From Bacillota bacterium (lineage in GTDB: Bacteria; Bacillota; Clostridia; Christensenellales; CAG-917): DNA of 64,000 nt. Below are positions 41,256 through 50,439 of the stretch, one piece after another. The position numbers and the translations under genes are program-made. Below the pieces are notes generated by a model. The model had not been told where the DNA came from and searched no databases. It was given only the letters and a program-made list of their open reading frames with translations. The first letter of the stretch is position 1, and each line of letters begins with the position of its first letter. The DNA is taken from positions 5,051-69,050 of the forward strand of contig JAMPEA010000002.1 in assembly GCA_023665365.1 (NCBI GenBank), given 5' to 3'.

Positions 41256-41603
41256 ATGTCTATGTATGATATTGAATTTTATCAGACATCTAACGGTAAA
41301 ATACCTGCAATAGAGTATTTAAAAGAATTAGATAGGACAGGCTGTCGAAAAGAAAAAGATAAAATTGAAACATACATAAACATGTTGGCTAACATCGGTG
41401 ATAAATTATTGATAAATAAAAATGTAGCAAAGCATTTGGAAAACGGCATTTATGAATTAAGACCGGGGCGATATCGAGTTTTATATGCAAAGTTGAATCC
41501 CGATAAATACGTTATTTTGCATATACATTTAAAAAGAGATAAAAAAGAACAAAATAATGAAATAAAAAAAGCTTACAAAGAATATAAGAAAATTGTAACA
41601 TAG
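41256..41603 (+). CDS. RelE/HigB-superfamily toxin (phage Gp49-like)
   Basis: 'IEFYQTSNGKIPAIEYL', 'IYELRPGRYRVLYAKL' and 'VILHIHLKRDKK'. RBS AAGGAGG. ATG 41262 is an alternative start. Confidence 0.75.
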   Translation: MSMYDIEFYQTSNGKIPAIEYLKELDRTGCRKEKDKIETYINMLANIGDKLLINKNVAKHLENGIYELRPGRYRVLYAKLNPDKYVILHIHLKRDKKEQNNEIKKAYKEYKKIVT

Positions 41604-41643
41604 CATTGTTTATAGGGGTTAAAATAATAGGAGGAGCAATACT

Positions 41644-42045
41644 ATGGCGGGTAACATAATGAATTGGCAAGATTATAAAAACAAACAAAAGCAAATAAGT
41701 GAACAAGAAAAGTTAAGAATTGAAACCGGCGAAGATATAGCAAGGATTATTACAGACATTATAGAATATAGAAATGATAACGGTATAAGCCAACGAGATA
41801 TTGCCGAAAAAACGGGATTAAAACAACCTGCAATAGCGAGAATGGAAAAGCTTGATACAATGCCCAGATTGGATACCATATCTCTAATCGCCAATGCAAT
41901 AGGCTATAAATTAGAACTTGTGGAAAAAGAGAAAGCACAAGAAAGCGTTACTATTGATATAGGTCACGATTGCTATAATTGTATGTGTTATAAAATTACT
42001 GCAAGTCTTTTTAATAATAAAAAGGAGATTTACTGTTATGATTAA
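41644..42045 (+). CDS. HigA-like XRE antitoxin with C-terminal extension (candidate chaperone-addiction segment)
   Basis: HTH 'ISQRDIAEKTGLKQPAIARMEK', then a ~40-aa Cys/aromatic-rich tail 'IDIGHDCYNCMCYKITASLFNNKKEIYCYD'. RBS GGAGGAG. Confidence 0.75.
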   Translation: MAGNIMNWQDYKNKQKQISEQEKLRIETGEDIARIITDIIEYRNDNGISQRDIAEKTGLKQPAIARMEKLDTMPRLDTISLIANAIGYKLELVEKEKAQESVTIDIGHDCYNCMCYKITASLFNNKKEIYCYD

Positions 42046-42424
42046 TATAAAAGAAATGGAGATACATAATGCATCCTTTAAAGTCAATCATATAGAAGGA
42101 GAGTCATTTAATATACCTGCACAATTCGGGCGATCGATAGATCATATAAACGATGGCAGATATTTATTAACTTTAACTATTAACGTCAAAAATGAAAAAG
42201 ATAAACCGTTTCCTTTTGATTTGGAATGTGCCATAAATGCATATTTTGAGTGCGATAATAACGAAACAGAAGATGAAGCGAAGAAATATATAGCCGAAGA
42301 GGGAACGGCAATCGTTTTTCCTTATCTAAGATCCTACATATCGACTCTAACATCGGCATCTATGATACCTCCATTAGTTTTACCGATAATTGATTTGGCA
42401 AAAATATTTGATGATAAATTATAA
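42038..42424 (+). CDS. SecB-like chaperone
   Basis: Collinear with E. coli SecB: 'YLLTLTINVKN', 'FDLECAINAYFEC' and 'AIVFPYLRSYISTLTSASMIPPLVLPIIDLAKIF' (compare '[33 protein letters not shown]'). 8-nt overlap with the antitoxin gene. Confidence 0.75.
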   Translation: MINIKEMEIHNASFKVNHIEGESFNIPAQFGRSIDHINDGRYLLTLTINVKNEKDKPFPFDLECAINAYFECDNNETEDEAKKYIAEEGTAIVFPYLRSYISTLTSASMIPPLVLPIIDLAKIFDDKL

Positions 42425-42445
42425 AAATAAATAATAAGATTTTTT

Positions 42446-42469
42446 AGGATACCGAAAGGTATCCTTTTT
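42446..42469 (+). terminator. rho-independent terminator of the TAC operon
   Basis: Stem aggatacc/ggtatcct, GAAA loop, T5. Confidence 0.8.
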
Positions 42470-43166
42470 CTTTGTCAAATTCAGCGCGTTCGAGGGCGAT
42501 AAGCGCACGACGGAGCAGGCAAGGGCTTATCAAGAGTGGCAGACGATAAACCGTCGCGCCATAGACGAACAAAGTCGCTGGAACGAGATGACGGCGGTGC
42601 TTGGCAAAGACATTCCATATGCGGATATTGGAGCTTTGCGTCGGGCGTTGCGCTCGGATAAAGACAGCTTCGCATATAAAAAAAGTCATTACGCCGTGCG
42701 TGATTATCGCCAATATGAGCGTTGGAAACGTATACTCGGCAAAGATAATATGCCTAAAAACCTTGCGGATTTCCAAGACTTGAAGTATAATAACAGTAAG
42801 CAATTTGAAATGTTGAATGATTACAAGTTCAGCATTGAAAACGGACGTATGTCACCGTTAGTCAAGTTTAATGATTATACTCATATGAAGCAACGAATAG
42901 AAAATGAGATAATAGGACATAGGACAGTAAACGGTGTGGAAATCAAGTCACAGAGCAAGCATTTCATTGAGCGTGTGTTTGGTTCGGTAGAGCAACGGCG
43001 TTCGGGTGTCAAACTTGAAGATATAAAGGATTGCTTGACAAATGGCGAGATTAAAAAGATTGGTCAATCAGATGAGGGAGAAAGTGCAACATTTATATTA
43101 GAAGGCATTTGCAAAGTATCGTTTAATATGACGACAGGAAATTTGATACAGACCAGTCCCGATTAA
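42470..43166 (+). pseudogene. 5'-truncated MuF/SPP1-gp7-type polymorphic toxin gene (C-terminal toxin domain retained)
   Basis: The frame is open with no start back to 42438. 'YRQYERWKRILGKDNMPKNLADFQDLKYNN' is typical of phage head-morphogenesis (MuF) C-terminal regions. The last ~85 aa, 'SKHFIERVFG..RRSGVKLEDIKDCLTNGEI', is DUF4258-like. An internal ATG 42588 could still give a 192-aa product. Confidence 0.55.
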
Positions 43167-43175
43167 GGAGTTGAT

Positions 43176-43379
43176 ATGATAATTACAGATGAACAAAAAC
43201 AAACGATAAAAAAAATAATGCCAGATATCGATGATTGGTTAAAAAAAGGATATCGTGATTTTATAGATGAATTCTACGAATTGATACTGACTACATTTAA
43301 AAACGATGAGCCTATCGATATTTCATATGAACTGGAACGAGTATATGATGAAATAGTTTATCAAAATAAAAAGAAATGA
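43176..43379 (+). CDS. small acidic protein, putative cognate immunity protein
   Basis: 67 aa, RBS AAGGAG, 9 nt after the toxin stop, followed by a hairpin at 43381-43405. Confidence 0.5.
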   Translation: MIITDEQKQTIKKIMPDIDDWLKKGYRDFIDEFYELILTTFKNDEPIDISYELERVYDEIVYQNKKK

Positions 43380-43568
43380 AAGCACTCTGAAAAGGGTGCT
43401 TTTAAAATGCTAAATCAAGGCAGTCAAACGGCTGTCTTTTTTTATAAACCAAAACCGTCGTGTGGAGACATTTAAACCCACAAAAAATTTACGACCGTCA
43501 CGTCATATAAACTGTCGCCGCCGTGGAAGACACCACCTATAAAAACAAGAGCGGAAAGGAGCAAACTT

Positions 43569-43694
43569 ATGGAATTTTTGAAGCAACACATTTCCACAGA
43601 ACTGTATCAGCAGTTGGAAGAAGCACTCAAAGGCAACGACAAGGTCAAGCTCGGCAATCTCGCCGATACAGATAATATTTGTAGATTGAGTTAA
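43569..43694 (+). pseudogene. 5' fragment of a phage scaffolding protein gene
   Basis: RBS AAAGGAG. 'MEFLKQHISTELYQQLEEALKGNDKVKLGNLAD' resembles Firmicute phage scaffold N-termini, then stops after 41 aa. Confidence 0.45.
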
Positions 43695-43782
43695 GACGTG
43701 TTATAATTGCGTTGTTTGAAATATCGGCGACCGAACGGCGTAGGCGTTACGTTCGGTGCGGGTTGTCGGCAAGCGGAGAAAT

Positions 43783-46191
43783 ATGAAAAAATTCGCAAGG
43801 TATACTTTATCGCTATTGATGATTATTGCCGTCGTAACATTATGCGCGACGGTGTTTGCGGGTTGCAACCGTTACGATTGCGACTTGGAGATAGATTACT
43901 CAAATTCGCAGGGTGAGATTATGCACGGAGCGACGGGTTTTTTGTACGGATTGGCAGAGCCCGACGTTCCGTCGGGACAGTTGCTCGGCACGCTGTATCC
44001 GCAGATTGCGGCGGTCAAAGCTCCCGACGGCTTACAGCATCCGATGGGGGACGTTTTACAGGTCGGCGCAACGTTTATCGAAAACGGAGGCGGGCGTTTG
44101 TTCGTCTATATGCAGGACATTTATCCCGATTGGTACTACGTTTATAAAGGGATAGACGATTATCTTGCCAAAATTGACGAGATGATGCCTAAGTTGATTT
44201 CGTATGAATATGCCGACAAAATTATACTTTGTCCGTTCAACGAAAACGACAACGGAGAGTGGTACGGCAATTTCAATATAACCGCCAATCGAAAGAAGTT
44301 TTTTGACGATTGGAAATCCATTTACGGCAAGATAAAATCGTATGACTCGCACGCCTCGATAGCGGGTCCGGGATTTATAAATTACAATCGAATTTATATT
44401 ACGGATTTTTTAAATTTTTGTCTTAAAAACGACTGTATGCCCGACGTAATGGTCTGGCATGAGCTGGGCGGAAACTCCTATCGTGATTTTGAAAAGAATT
44501 TCGACGATTATCGCAGGCTCGAACGCAAGTTAGGCATATCCGCGCTTGAAATCTGCATAAGCGAATACGGCGAAATGTCCTCAAACGGATTGCCGGGCGA
44601 AACGGTGCAGTATATCTCCATGTTTGAAAAGGCGAAAGTCAACGCGTGTACTGCATATTGGCGGCTTGCAAACAATCTATCCGAGCTGGCGGCGGACAAT
44701 AATACGCCTACGTCGGCGTGGTGGGTATATCACTGGTATGGGCAAATGTGCGGAGATACGTATCTTTGCGACGTGAAAAGCAAGACGGATATGCGCGCGG
44801 TTTCGTCTTACGATGCGAGTAAGAACAAAATAGAAATTTTGATAGGCGACGGCGGCGGGGCGGAAAATATCAGATTGAAAAACCTAAACTCTATTCCGAC
44901 GTTTAAGAATTCCGATGATTTGTGCGTAGATATAGAATACGTGGATTTTGCGGGCTTGGGCGGAGAGTGTCTGTCGCCGTCTAAGCTATCACGCGAAAAA
45001 GTTAAGTGTTCGGAGGAGATAAGCATAAAGATTAGAGACACGAGCAAATATCGCGCATACAAAATCACCGTCACGGACGCGCAGGGCGATTTGCGCGAAA
45101 TCGAGAGTGATTTTACAAATAGATACGAGGCGGAAGCGGCAAACGTGTCGGGAAATTCAAATAATAAAAAAGTCATAAAAAATCCGACTTACGCCGCGTC
45201 CGGCAAGTTGGTGAAGGGCATTTCAAACGACGCAAAACTCAACTTTAATATCGAAGTCCCAAGCGACGGCAAATACCTTATAAAGATATGCTACGCAAAC
45301 GGATTTAGCTTGGACGGCAGTCCCGACAGCCGCGCCAATATAGAGGGTCATATCGAGATAGACGGCGCGTCTCAAAGCGTGCTATATGAAAATACTCTCT
45401 CTGACGTTACGTCCGCGATGAAGTGCGTCGAGGCGGATTTGAAGCAAGGCAGACATGCGATTTCGCTTTTCGGCGATGAAAATATAGCGTACGATTTTAT
45501 CGACGTTACGCTTATAGGGGATTACGGAAAGCCCTACGTTTTCAAGCAGGACGGAAAAGCCGTCTCAATATACGACGGAAACGCGAATACTCTTATGTTT
45601 GTCGTGCCGTCGTCGGGTTACTACAACTTGACCTTGGATTGCGAAAGCGAAGTTTATTTTCACGAAACGTATCTCGGAGTATTGCGGTCGTGCCTTATTT
45701 ATATGGAAAAGGGCATAAATTTCGTCCATCTCGACGGAGAGCGTTCGGGGACGATAACCGCCGCGTCGCAAAGCGTAAGCCTCGTTACGGACGTAGCATT
45801 TTCATATCGAGAGGTCTTTGCGAGCAACGGCAGATTTGTGAGCGGAAGCGATAACTTCGTCGAATTTAAAATAAACGTCGCCGACGGCGGTTTATACGCG
45901 CTAAACCTCGATTATGCGTCCAATCAGCAAATCGGCGAGCATGCTTACAACGTTCAGCAGGTTGAACGATATGCCGTCTTGGAAATAAACGGCGTCAAAC
46001 AAACGATATATTTCAGAAGCACGTACAGCTGGGAAACGTATCTTGTTAAAACCGTTTACGTCAATTTGGCGGCGGGAGAAAACACCGTCAAACTCTACAA
46101 CGACGGCTCGTACGCTTGGAACGGGAACACTCCCTATATGCCTGTTTTCGATTGCGAAAAGATAAGCTATGCAAAAGCTCGACTCGTATAA
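43783..46191 (+). CDS. glycoside hydrolase lipoprotein (clan GH-A-like catalytic domain + CBM6/35-like modules)
   Basis: Lipobox 'VFAGCN'. Candidate acid/base 'PFNENDNGEW' and nucleophile 'ISEYGE'. 'RYEAEAANVSGN' is a CBM-type start. Family not assigned. Confidence 0.55.
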   Translation: MKKFARYTLSLLMIIAVVTLCATVFAGCNRYDCDLEIDYSNSQGEIMHGATGFLYGLAEPDVPSGQLLGTLYPQIAAVKAPDGLQHPMGDVLQVGATFIENGGGRLFVYMQDIYPDWYYVYKGIDDYLAKIDEMMPKLISYEYADKIILCPFNENDNGEWYGNFNITANRKKFFDDWKSIYGKIKSYDSHASIAGPGFINYNRIYITDFLNFCLKNDCMPDVMVWHELGGNSYRDFEKNFDDYRRLERKLGISALEICISEYGEMSSNGLPGETVQYISMFEKAKVNACTAYWRLANNLSELAADNNTPTSAWWVYHWYGQMCGDTYLCDVKSKTDMRAVSSYDASKNKIEILIGDGGGAENIRLKNLNSIPTFKNSDDLCVDIEYVDFAGLGGECLSPSKLSREKVKCSEEISIKIRDTSKYRAYKITVTDAQGDLREIESDFTNRYEAEAANVSGNSNNKKVIKNPTYAASGKLVKGISNDAKLNFNIEVPSDGKYLIKICYANGFSLDGSPDSRANIEGHIEIDGASQSVLYENTLSDVTSAMKCVEADLKQGRHAISLFGDENIAYDFIDVTLIGDYGKPYVFKQDGKAVSIYDGNANTLMFVVPSSGYYNLTLDCESEVYFHETYLGVLRSCLIYMEKGINFVHLDGERSGTITAASQSVSLVTDVAFSYREVFASNGRFVSGSDNFVEFKINVADGGLYALNLDYASNQQIGEHAYNVQQVERYAVLEINGVKQTIYFRSTYSWETYLVKTVYVNLAAGENTVKLYNDGSYAWNGNTPYMPVFDCEKISYAKARLV

Positions 46192-46231
46192 ACATACGCA
46201 GAAGCAACCCGTTTGATTTTGTCGCTATCAC

Positions 46232-46260
46232 TTGACAAGACGTACCTGCCGTGTTAGTAT
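46232..46260 (+). promoter_or_regulatory. sigmaA-type promoter for tRNA-Ser
   Basis: TTGACA (46232-46237), 17-nt spacer, TAGTAT (46255-46260). Confidence 0.55.
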
Positions 46261-46312
46261 ATACAAGTCGCACGGCGCAGTCGGCGCAAACAAGTTTATA
46301 AAAGCTCGGCAC

Positions 46313-46404
46313 GGAGAAATACCCAAGAGGCCGAAGGGGCTCCCCTGCTAAGGGAGTAGTACGCGAGAAGCGTAGCGAGGGTTCAAATCCCTCTTTCTCC
46401 GCCA
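46313..46404 (+). tRNA. tRNA-Ser(GCU): tRNA-Ser (anticodon GCU)
   Basis: Acceptor GGAGAAA/TTTCTCC, anticodon stem CTCCC/GGGAG with loop CTGCTAA, long variable arm, T-loop GGTTCAAATCC, encoded CCA. Confidence 0.9.
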
Positions 46405-46413
46405 TTAGGGGAT

Positions 46414-46453
46414 AGTACGAACACACGGCAAAGTGAGTTCGTACTTTTCTTTG
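46414..46453 (+). terminator. terminator after the tRNA
   Basis: Stem agtacgaac/gttcgtact followed by 'tttctttg'. Confidence 0.5.
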
Positions 46454-46702
46454 TGGAGCGGCGGAAGAAAATAAGTATTTTGCAATAAGCGCGTGAAGTA
46501 TGAAAATGTAAAATATGGAAGCAAGTTTCAAAACTATATCGGGTTTTATGGCGATTATTCCGACAAGGCTAAGTAACTCGCGGATAACTTTTGCGTTAAA
46601 ATCCGCGTCAAACGCTCCTCGTTGATATTGACATAGCTATAAATAGATGTTAAAATTAAGCGTATACTATACGAAAGTACGCTCGATAACGGTCTCAACC
46701 AA

Positions 46703-47530
46703 ATGGACATTAACACTAAAATCAAAATCAAAAGCAAGGCGAACGCTCTTCAATTTAGAAAATCGGTCGTGGTATTGGGTTCGATGGTGAAGAAAAACAT
46801 CAAGAATCAGTACCGTCGTTCCGTTTTAGGTATATTTTGGACGGTGCTCAATCCGCTTTTGAATATGCTTGTTATGTGGTTTGTGTTCGACAAGATTTTC
46901 GGCAGGTCGTCGTCGGAGCTGTTTTATCCCGTTTACATTCTATCGGGCACGATAACTTTCAACTTTATGCGTTCGGCGACGGTGTCGTCCTTGCCGTGTA
47001 TGGTCAACAATTACGATTTGCTCACGAAAACGCGCGTGCCATATTCCGTTTTTCCGCTATCGCAGAATATGTCGTCGGTGGTCAATCTCGGCTTCTCGGT
47101 CATCGCGCTTATCATTTTGATGCTTGCGTGTATTCCGCAGGGCGTGAAGTTTTATCCGACTATGCTGATGCTTGTCGTGCCGTGGCTTCCGTCGATATTT
47201 CTCTTTTCGCTCGGATTGTCGCTGGCGCTTTGCTCGATTTACGTTAGGTTCAGAGATATAAAGCATTTCTACGAGGTGTTCCTTACGCTGTGGATGTACG
47301 CAACCCCGATTTTCTATACGCTCGACAGCTTGAAACTCGGGTCAACCGCAGGCAAAATATTGAGGCTCAATCCTATGTACTATTACGTCGGCTACGTGCG
47401 CGACCTGCTTATGGGCATAGTGCCGTCTTGGCAGACTCATCTGATATGCTACGGGGTCGGCATCGCGGTGTTTATAATAGGAGCGATTATTTTCAGACTG
47501 TCAAGGAAAAAGTTTATACTGTATATATGA
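46703..47530 (+). CDS. ABC-2 type polysaccharide/teichoic-acid export permease
   Basis: '[21 protein letters not shown]' and 6 TM segments. ATGA overlap with the ATPase gene. Confidence 0.85.
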   Translation: MDINTKIKIKSKANALQFRKSVVVLGSMVKKNIKNQYRRSVLGIFWTVLNPLLNMLVMWFVFDKIFGRSSSELFYPVYILSGTITFNFMRSATVSSLPCMVNNYDLLTKTRVPYSVFPLSQNMSSVVNLGFSVIALIILMLACIPQGVKFYPTMLMLVVPWLPSIFLFSLGLSLALCSIYVRFRDIKHFYEVFLTLWMYATPIFYTLDSLKLGSTAGKILRLNPMYYYVGYVRDLLMGIVPSWQTHLICYGVGIAVFIIGAIIFRLSRKKFILYI

Positions 47531-48477
47531 TGAAAAAACAAAAGGAAAACAACGCGCCAAAGCGCATAATCCTCTCCGACACGGTGGGCAAGCAGTACTC
47601 CGACATCGATACGATGACGGGTTTCGGCGAGGATATAAATTTGTTTGACAAAGACGAGAATATCCTTGTAGATGTGCGCGGCATAGGCATGAAATACCGC
47701 ATGCCGTCCGAAAAAATCGACAGTTTGAAAGAGTATTTTATAAAGCTCGTGCAGGGCAAGGTGCATTATAAGACTTTCGAGGCATTGAAAAATATAAACT
47801 TGCAGGTGCGTAGGGGCGAAAGCCTTGCGCTTATAGGCAGAAACGGCGCGGGGAAATCCACGTTGCTTAGGATAATCGCAGGCATAATCGAACCTACCGA
47901 CGGCTACGTGCGCACGCGCGGGAATATGGTGCCGCTTTTAAAGCTCGGCGCAGGGTTCGACTATAACGCCACGGGCAAGGAAAACGTGTTTTTAAACGGC
48001 GCGATGCTCGGCTTTTCGCATAAAGAGATGCAAAAAAAGTATGACAGCATAGTAGAGTTTTCAGAACTTGGCGAGTTTATGAACGTGCCATTAAAAAACT
48101 ATTCGCAAGGCATGATGTCAAAGCTCGGATTTTCAATCGCGGTTGACGTAAATCCCGATTTGCTTTTGATTGACGAGATTTTGAGCGTCGGCGACGCGGT
48201 TTTCCAAAAGAAGTGCGCAAAGAAAATCGACGAGCTTCGCGCAAACGGCACTACGTTTATCGTCGTTTCGCACAGCTTAGGACAGATAAACCGCCTGTGT
48301 CAGACCGCCGTATATCTCAAAGACGGCGTAATATCCGACTATGGCACGGTGGCGGAAATCAGCGCGAAGTACACTAAGGACTGCGCCGCGGCGGAAAGAG
48401 AATTGGCTGAAAGACAAGCCGAAAAAGAAAGAGCTTTACAGGAGAAGGCGCAGGCGGAGCTTGACGCGAAAGAATGA
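47527..48477 (+). CDS. ABC transporter ATP-binding protein (TagH/Wzt-like)
   Basis: Walker A 'GRNGAGKST', signature 'YSQGMMSKL', Walker B 'LLLIDE'. The longer ORF from 47290 overlaps the permease and was rejected. Confidence 0.88.
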   Translation: MMKKQKENNAPKRIILSDTVGKQYSDIDTMTGFGEDINLFDKDENILVDVRGIGMKYRMPSEKIDSLKEYFIKLVQGKVHYKTFEALKNINLQVRRGESLALIGRNGAGKSTLLRIIAGIIEPTDGYVRTRGNMVPLLKLGAGFDYNATGKENVFLNGAMLGFSHKEMQKKYDSIVEFSELGEFMNVPLKNYSQGMMSKLGFSIAVDVNPDLLLIDEILSVGDAVFQKKCAKKIDELRANGTTFIVVSHSLGQINRLCQTAVYLKDGVISDYGTVAEISAKYTKDCAAAERELAERQAEKERALQEKAQAELDAKE

Positions 48478-49247
48478 GTAAAAAAATCTTAGTGGCGGCA
48501 CATAAGGCGTACGACGTGCCGAAATCGAAAATATATCTGCCAATACAGGTCGGCGCTTTTTGCAAGGACGGTATTGGCTTTATTCGTGACGACGAGGGGG
48601 ATAATATCTCGTCTTTAAACGCCAACTTCTGCGAGCTTACGGGCGCGTACTGGGCGTGGAAAAACCTCGACGCGGATTATATAGGGCTGGTGCACTATCG
48701 CAGATATTTCGCGGGAAAGGAGCGCTTTAACGTAAACGGAAAGACAAAAAAAATCCTCTCCGAGCGCGAGCTTGACGCGCTGCTTAAAAAGACGGACGTT
48801 ATACTCCCTAAAAAGAGGCATTATTATATAGAGTCGCTGTACTCGCACTACGCGCACACTCTGTACGTCGAGCCTCTTGACGAGACGGGCGCGATTATCA
48901 AGGAATTTTATCCGAAATATTACGCGGAGTTTGAAAGGTTCAAAACGCGCAGGAGCGCGCATATATTCAATATGTTCGTGATGAAAAGAGAGATTTTTTG
49001 CGGCTATTGCGAGTGGCTGTTCGATATACTTTTCAAGCTGAAAGACAGGGTGGATTTAAGCGAATACAGCGCGTTTCACGCAAGGCTGTTCGGGCGCATA
49101 AGCGAGTTGCTTTTGGACGTTTATATCAACGTGAATGGGATAAAATTCAAAGAAGTCAAGCCCGTCTATATCGAGGGTGTAAACTGGTTTCAAAAAGGCG
49201 TGAAATTTTTAAAAGCCAAATTTAAAAATCGAAAGTACGAAAAGTAA
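48474..49247 (+). CDS. DUF4422-type glycosyltransferase-like protein
   Basis: '[12 protein letters not shown]', '[16 protein letters not shown]' and '[10 protein letters not shown]'. Confidence 0.7.
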   Translation: MSKKILVAAHKAYDVPKSKIYLPIQVGAFCKDGIGFIRDDEGDNISSLNANFCELTGAYWAWKNLDADYIGLVHYRRYFAGKERFNVNGKTKKILSERELDALLKKTDVILPKKRHYYIESLYSHYAHTLYVEPLDETGAIIKEFYPKYYAEFERFKTRRSAHIFNMFVMKREIFCGYCEWLFDILFKLKDRVDLSEYSAFHARLFGRISELLLDVYINVNGIKFKEVKPVYIEGVNWFQKGVKFLKAKFKNRKYEK

Positions 49248-49259
49248 AATCAGTTCTTA

Positions 49260-50174
49260 TCAGTTTGAGTAGCGATAATCGTATTCCCGTCCGCTCTTTG
49301 CCATTTTTGCGACTTGGCGTTGCGAAATGACGTGGATGGGATTTTTAAGTCTTATCGGCGCGACGTCGAAAATCCCGTTCATCGTGACTTTTTCGCCGTC
49401 CGAGCAAAAATCGGTTTCCTGACGCAAAACGACGTTTAAGTGCTCGAATTTGTCAAAGAACATTTTTTTCGAGCGATACGGTTTTTTAAAGCCTATGAAA
49501 AACGCTCTGAAAAGAGGGAAGAACAATTCGATTTTTCCGAGCAGACCGCGGTGCTTTGGCGTTTTTATCGTCAGCAGATGCAGAAGTCCGTCGTCGAATT
49601 TATACATTTTGTTGAATTTAAGCCCGAAGCACTTGGGAGAGTCTATCGCCATAATCAGCGCGTACTTGCCGTCGTTTTCGTCGCCGTCCGCCGTGAGCTT
49701 TGCGTCTATGTCGTAAAGTTTATACTGGCTTACGACCTTTGAGATATATGCGAATATTTTAAACTTCTTCTTACTGCTCGATTTGACTATGTATCCCAAA
49801 GGGGTGAATATGCCGCAGGCGAATACGTAGGAAAACAGTTTGTCGTCCGCCTGTCCCGCGTCGCGGAGGATATACTGCTCCTCCTTGGAGTTGCCGGTTG
49901 CAAGCTCGTTGAGCGTCCCCGACGGACAGTATATGATTTCCGCTCCGCACATGGTTTGGCAGTTGAGTATGCCGTTCAGCGTGCCGTCTCCGCCGCAGAG
50001 GACTATCCTGTCGTACTCGGAAAAATCCGTCAAGACCGTCTGTTGTTTTATCGTGAAAGTGTAGACGTCAAAACCGTTGCCGAACACCTTTTTGAGAGAT
50101 TCGGCATCTATATTGCGGCTGTTTCCGGACAGCTCGTTTACGATGATTATGCATTTTTTCTTGATGACGTCCAT
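49260..50174 (-). CDS. diacylglycerol/lipid kinase family protein (YegS/DagK-like)
   Basis: 'CIIIVNELSGN' and 'IVLCGGDGTLNGILN'. The ORF-track start at 50225 is TTG; ATG 50174 is preferred. Confidence 0.75.
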   Translation of the reverse strand: MDVIKKKCIIIVNELSGNSRNIDAESLKKVFGNGFDVYTFTIKQQTVLTDFSEYDRIVLCGGDGTLNGILNCQTMCGAEIIYCPSGTLNELATGNSKEEQYILRDAGQADDKLFSYVFACGIFTPLGYIVKSSSKKKFKIFAYISKVVSQYKLYDIDAKLTADGDENDGKYALIMAIDSPKCFGLKFNKMYKFDDGLLHLLTIKTPKHRGLLGKIELFFPLFRAFFIGFKKPYRSKKMFFDKFEHLNVVLRQETDFCSDGEKVTMNGIFDVAPIRLKNPIHVISQRQVAKMAKSGREYDYRYSN

Positions 50175-50362
50175 AACTGCATAATACAAAATTTTACGTT
50201 TAAAAGCAACAGGATTATTCGACAATTTATGACAAATCGAGGTTTTTGCGCAAATTTTGCGTTTTTATAGGCAAACTATGTGAATTGTCAAGGTTTTTTT
50301 TAGAATTTTTGCAAGATAGTTTTAAATTTAACTGTATTGTAATGTTTAAATTTTTGCAGAGA

Positions 50363-50394
50363 CTCGTGCAGGACGAAATTTCGTCCTGCACGAG
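50363..50394. terminator. perfect 32-nt palindrome (bidirectional terminator-like)
   Basis: ctcgtgcaggacgaaa/tttcgtcctgcacgag, downstream of the IS30 transposase stop. Confidence 0.5.
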
Positions 50395-50439
50395 CATATA
50401 GTATATAAAATTCGCATATTGACTTAAAGCAGAAAAAGC

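Noticed and set aside
47290-47526. Upstream extension of the ABC ATPase ORF
   Set aside because: It overlaps the permease gene in another frame. ATG 47527 gives the canonical ATGA stop/start coupling.
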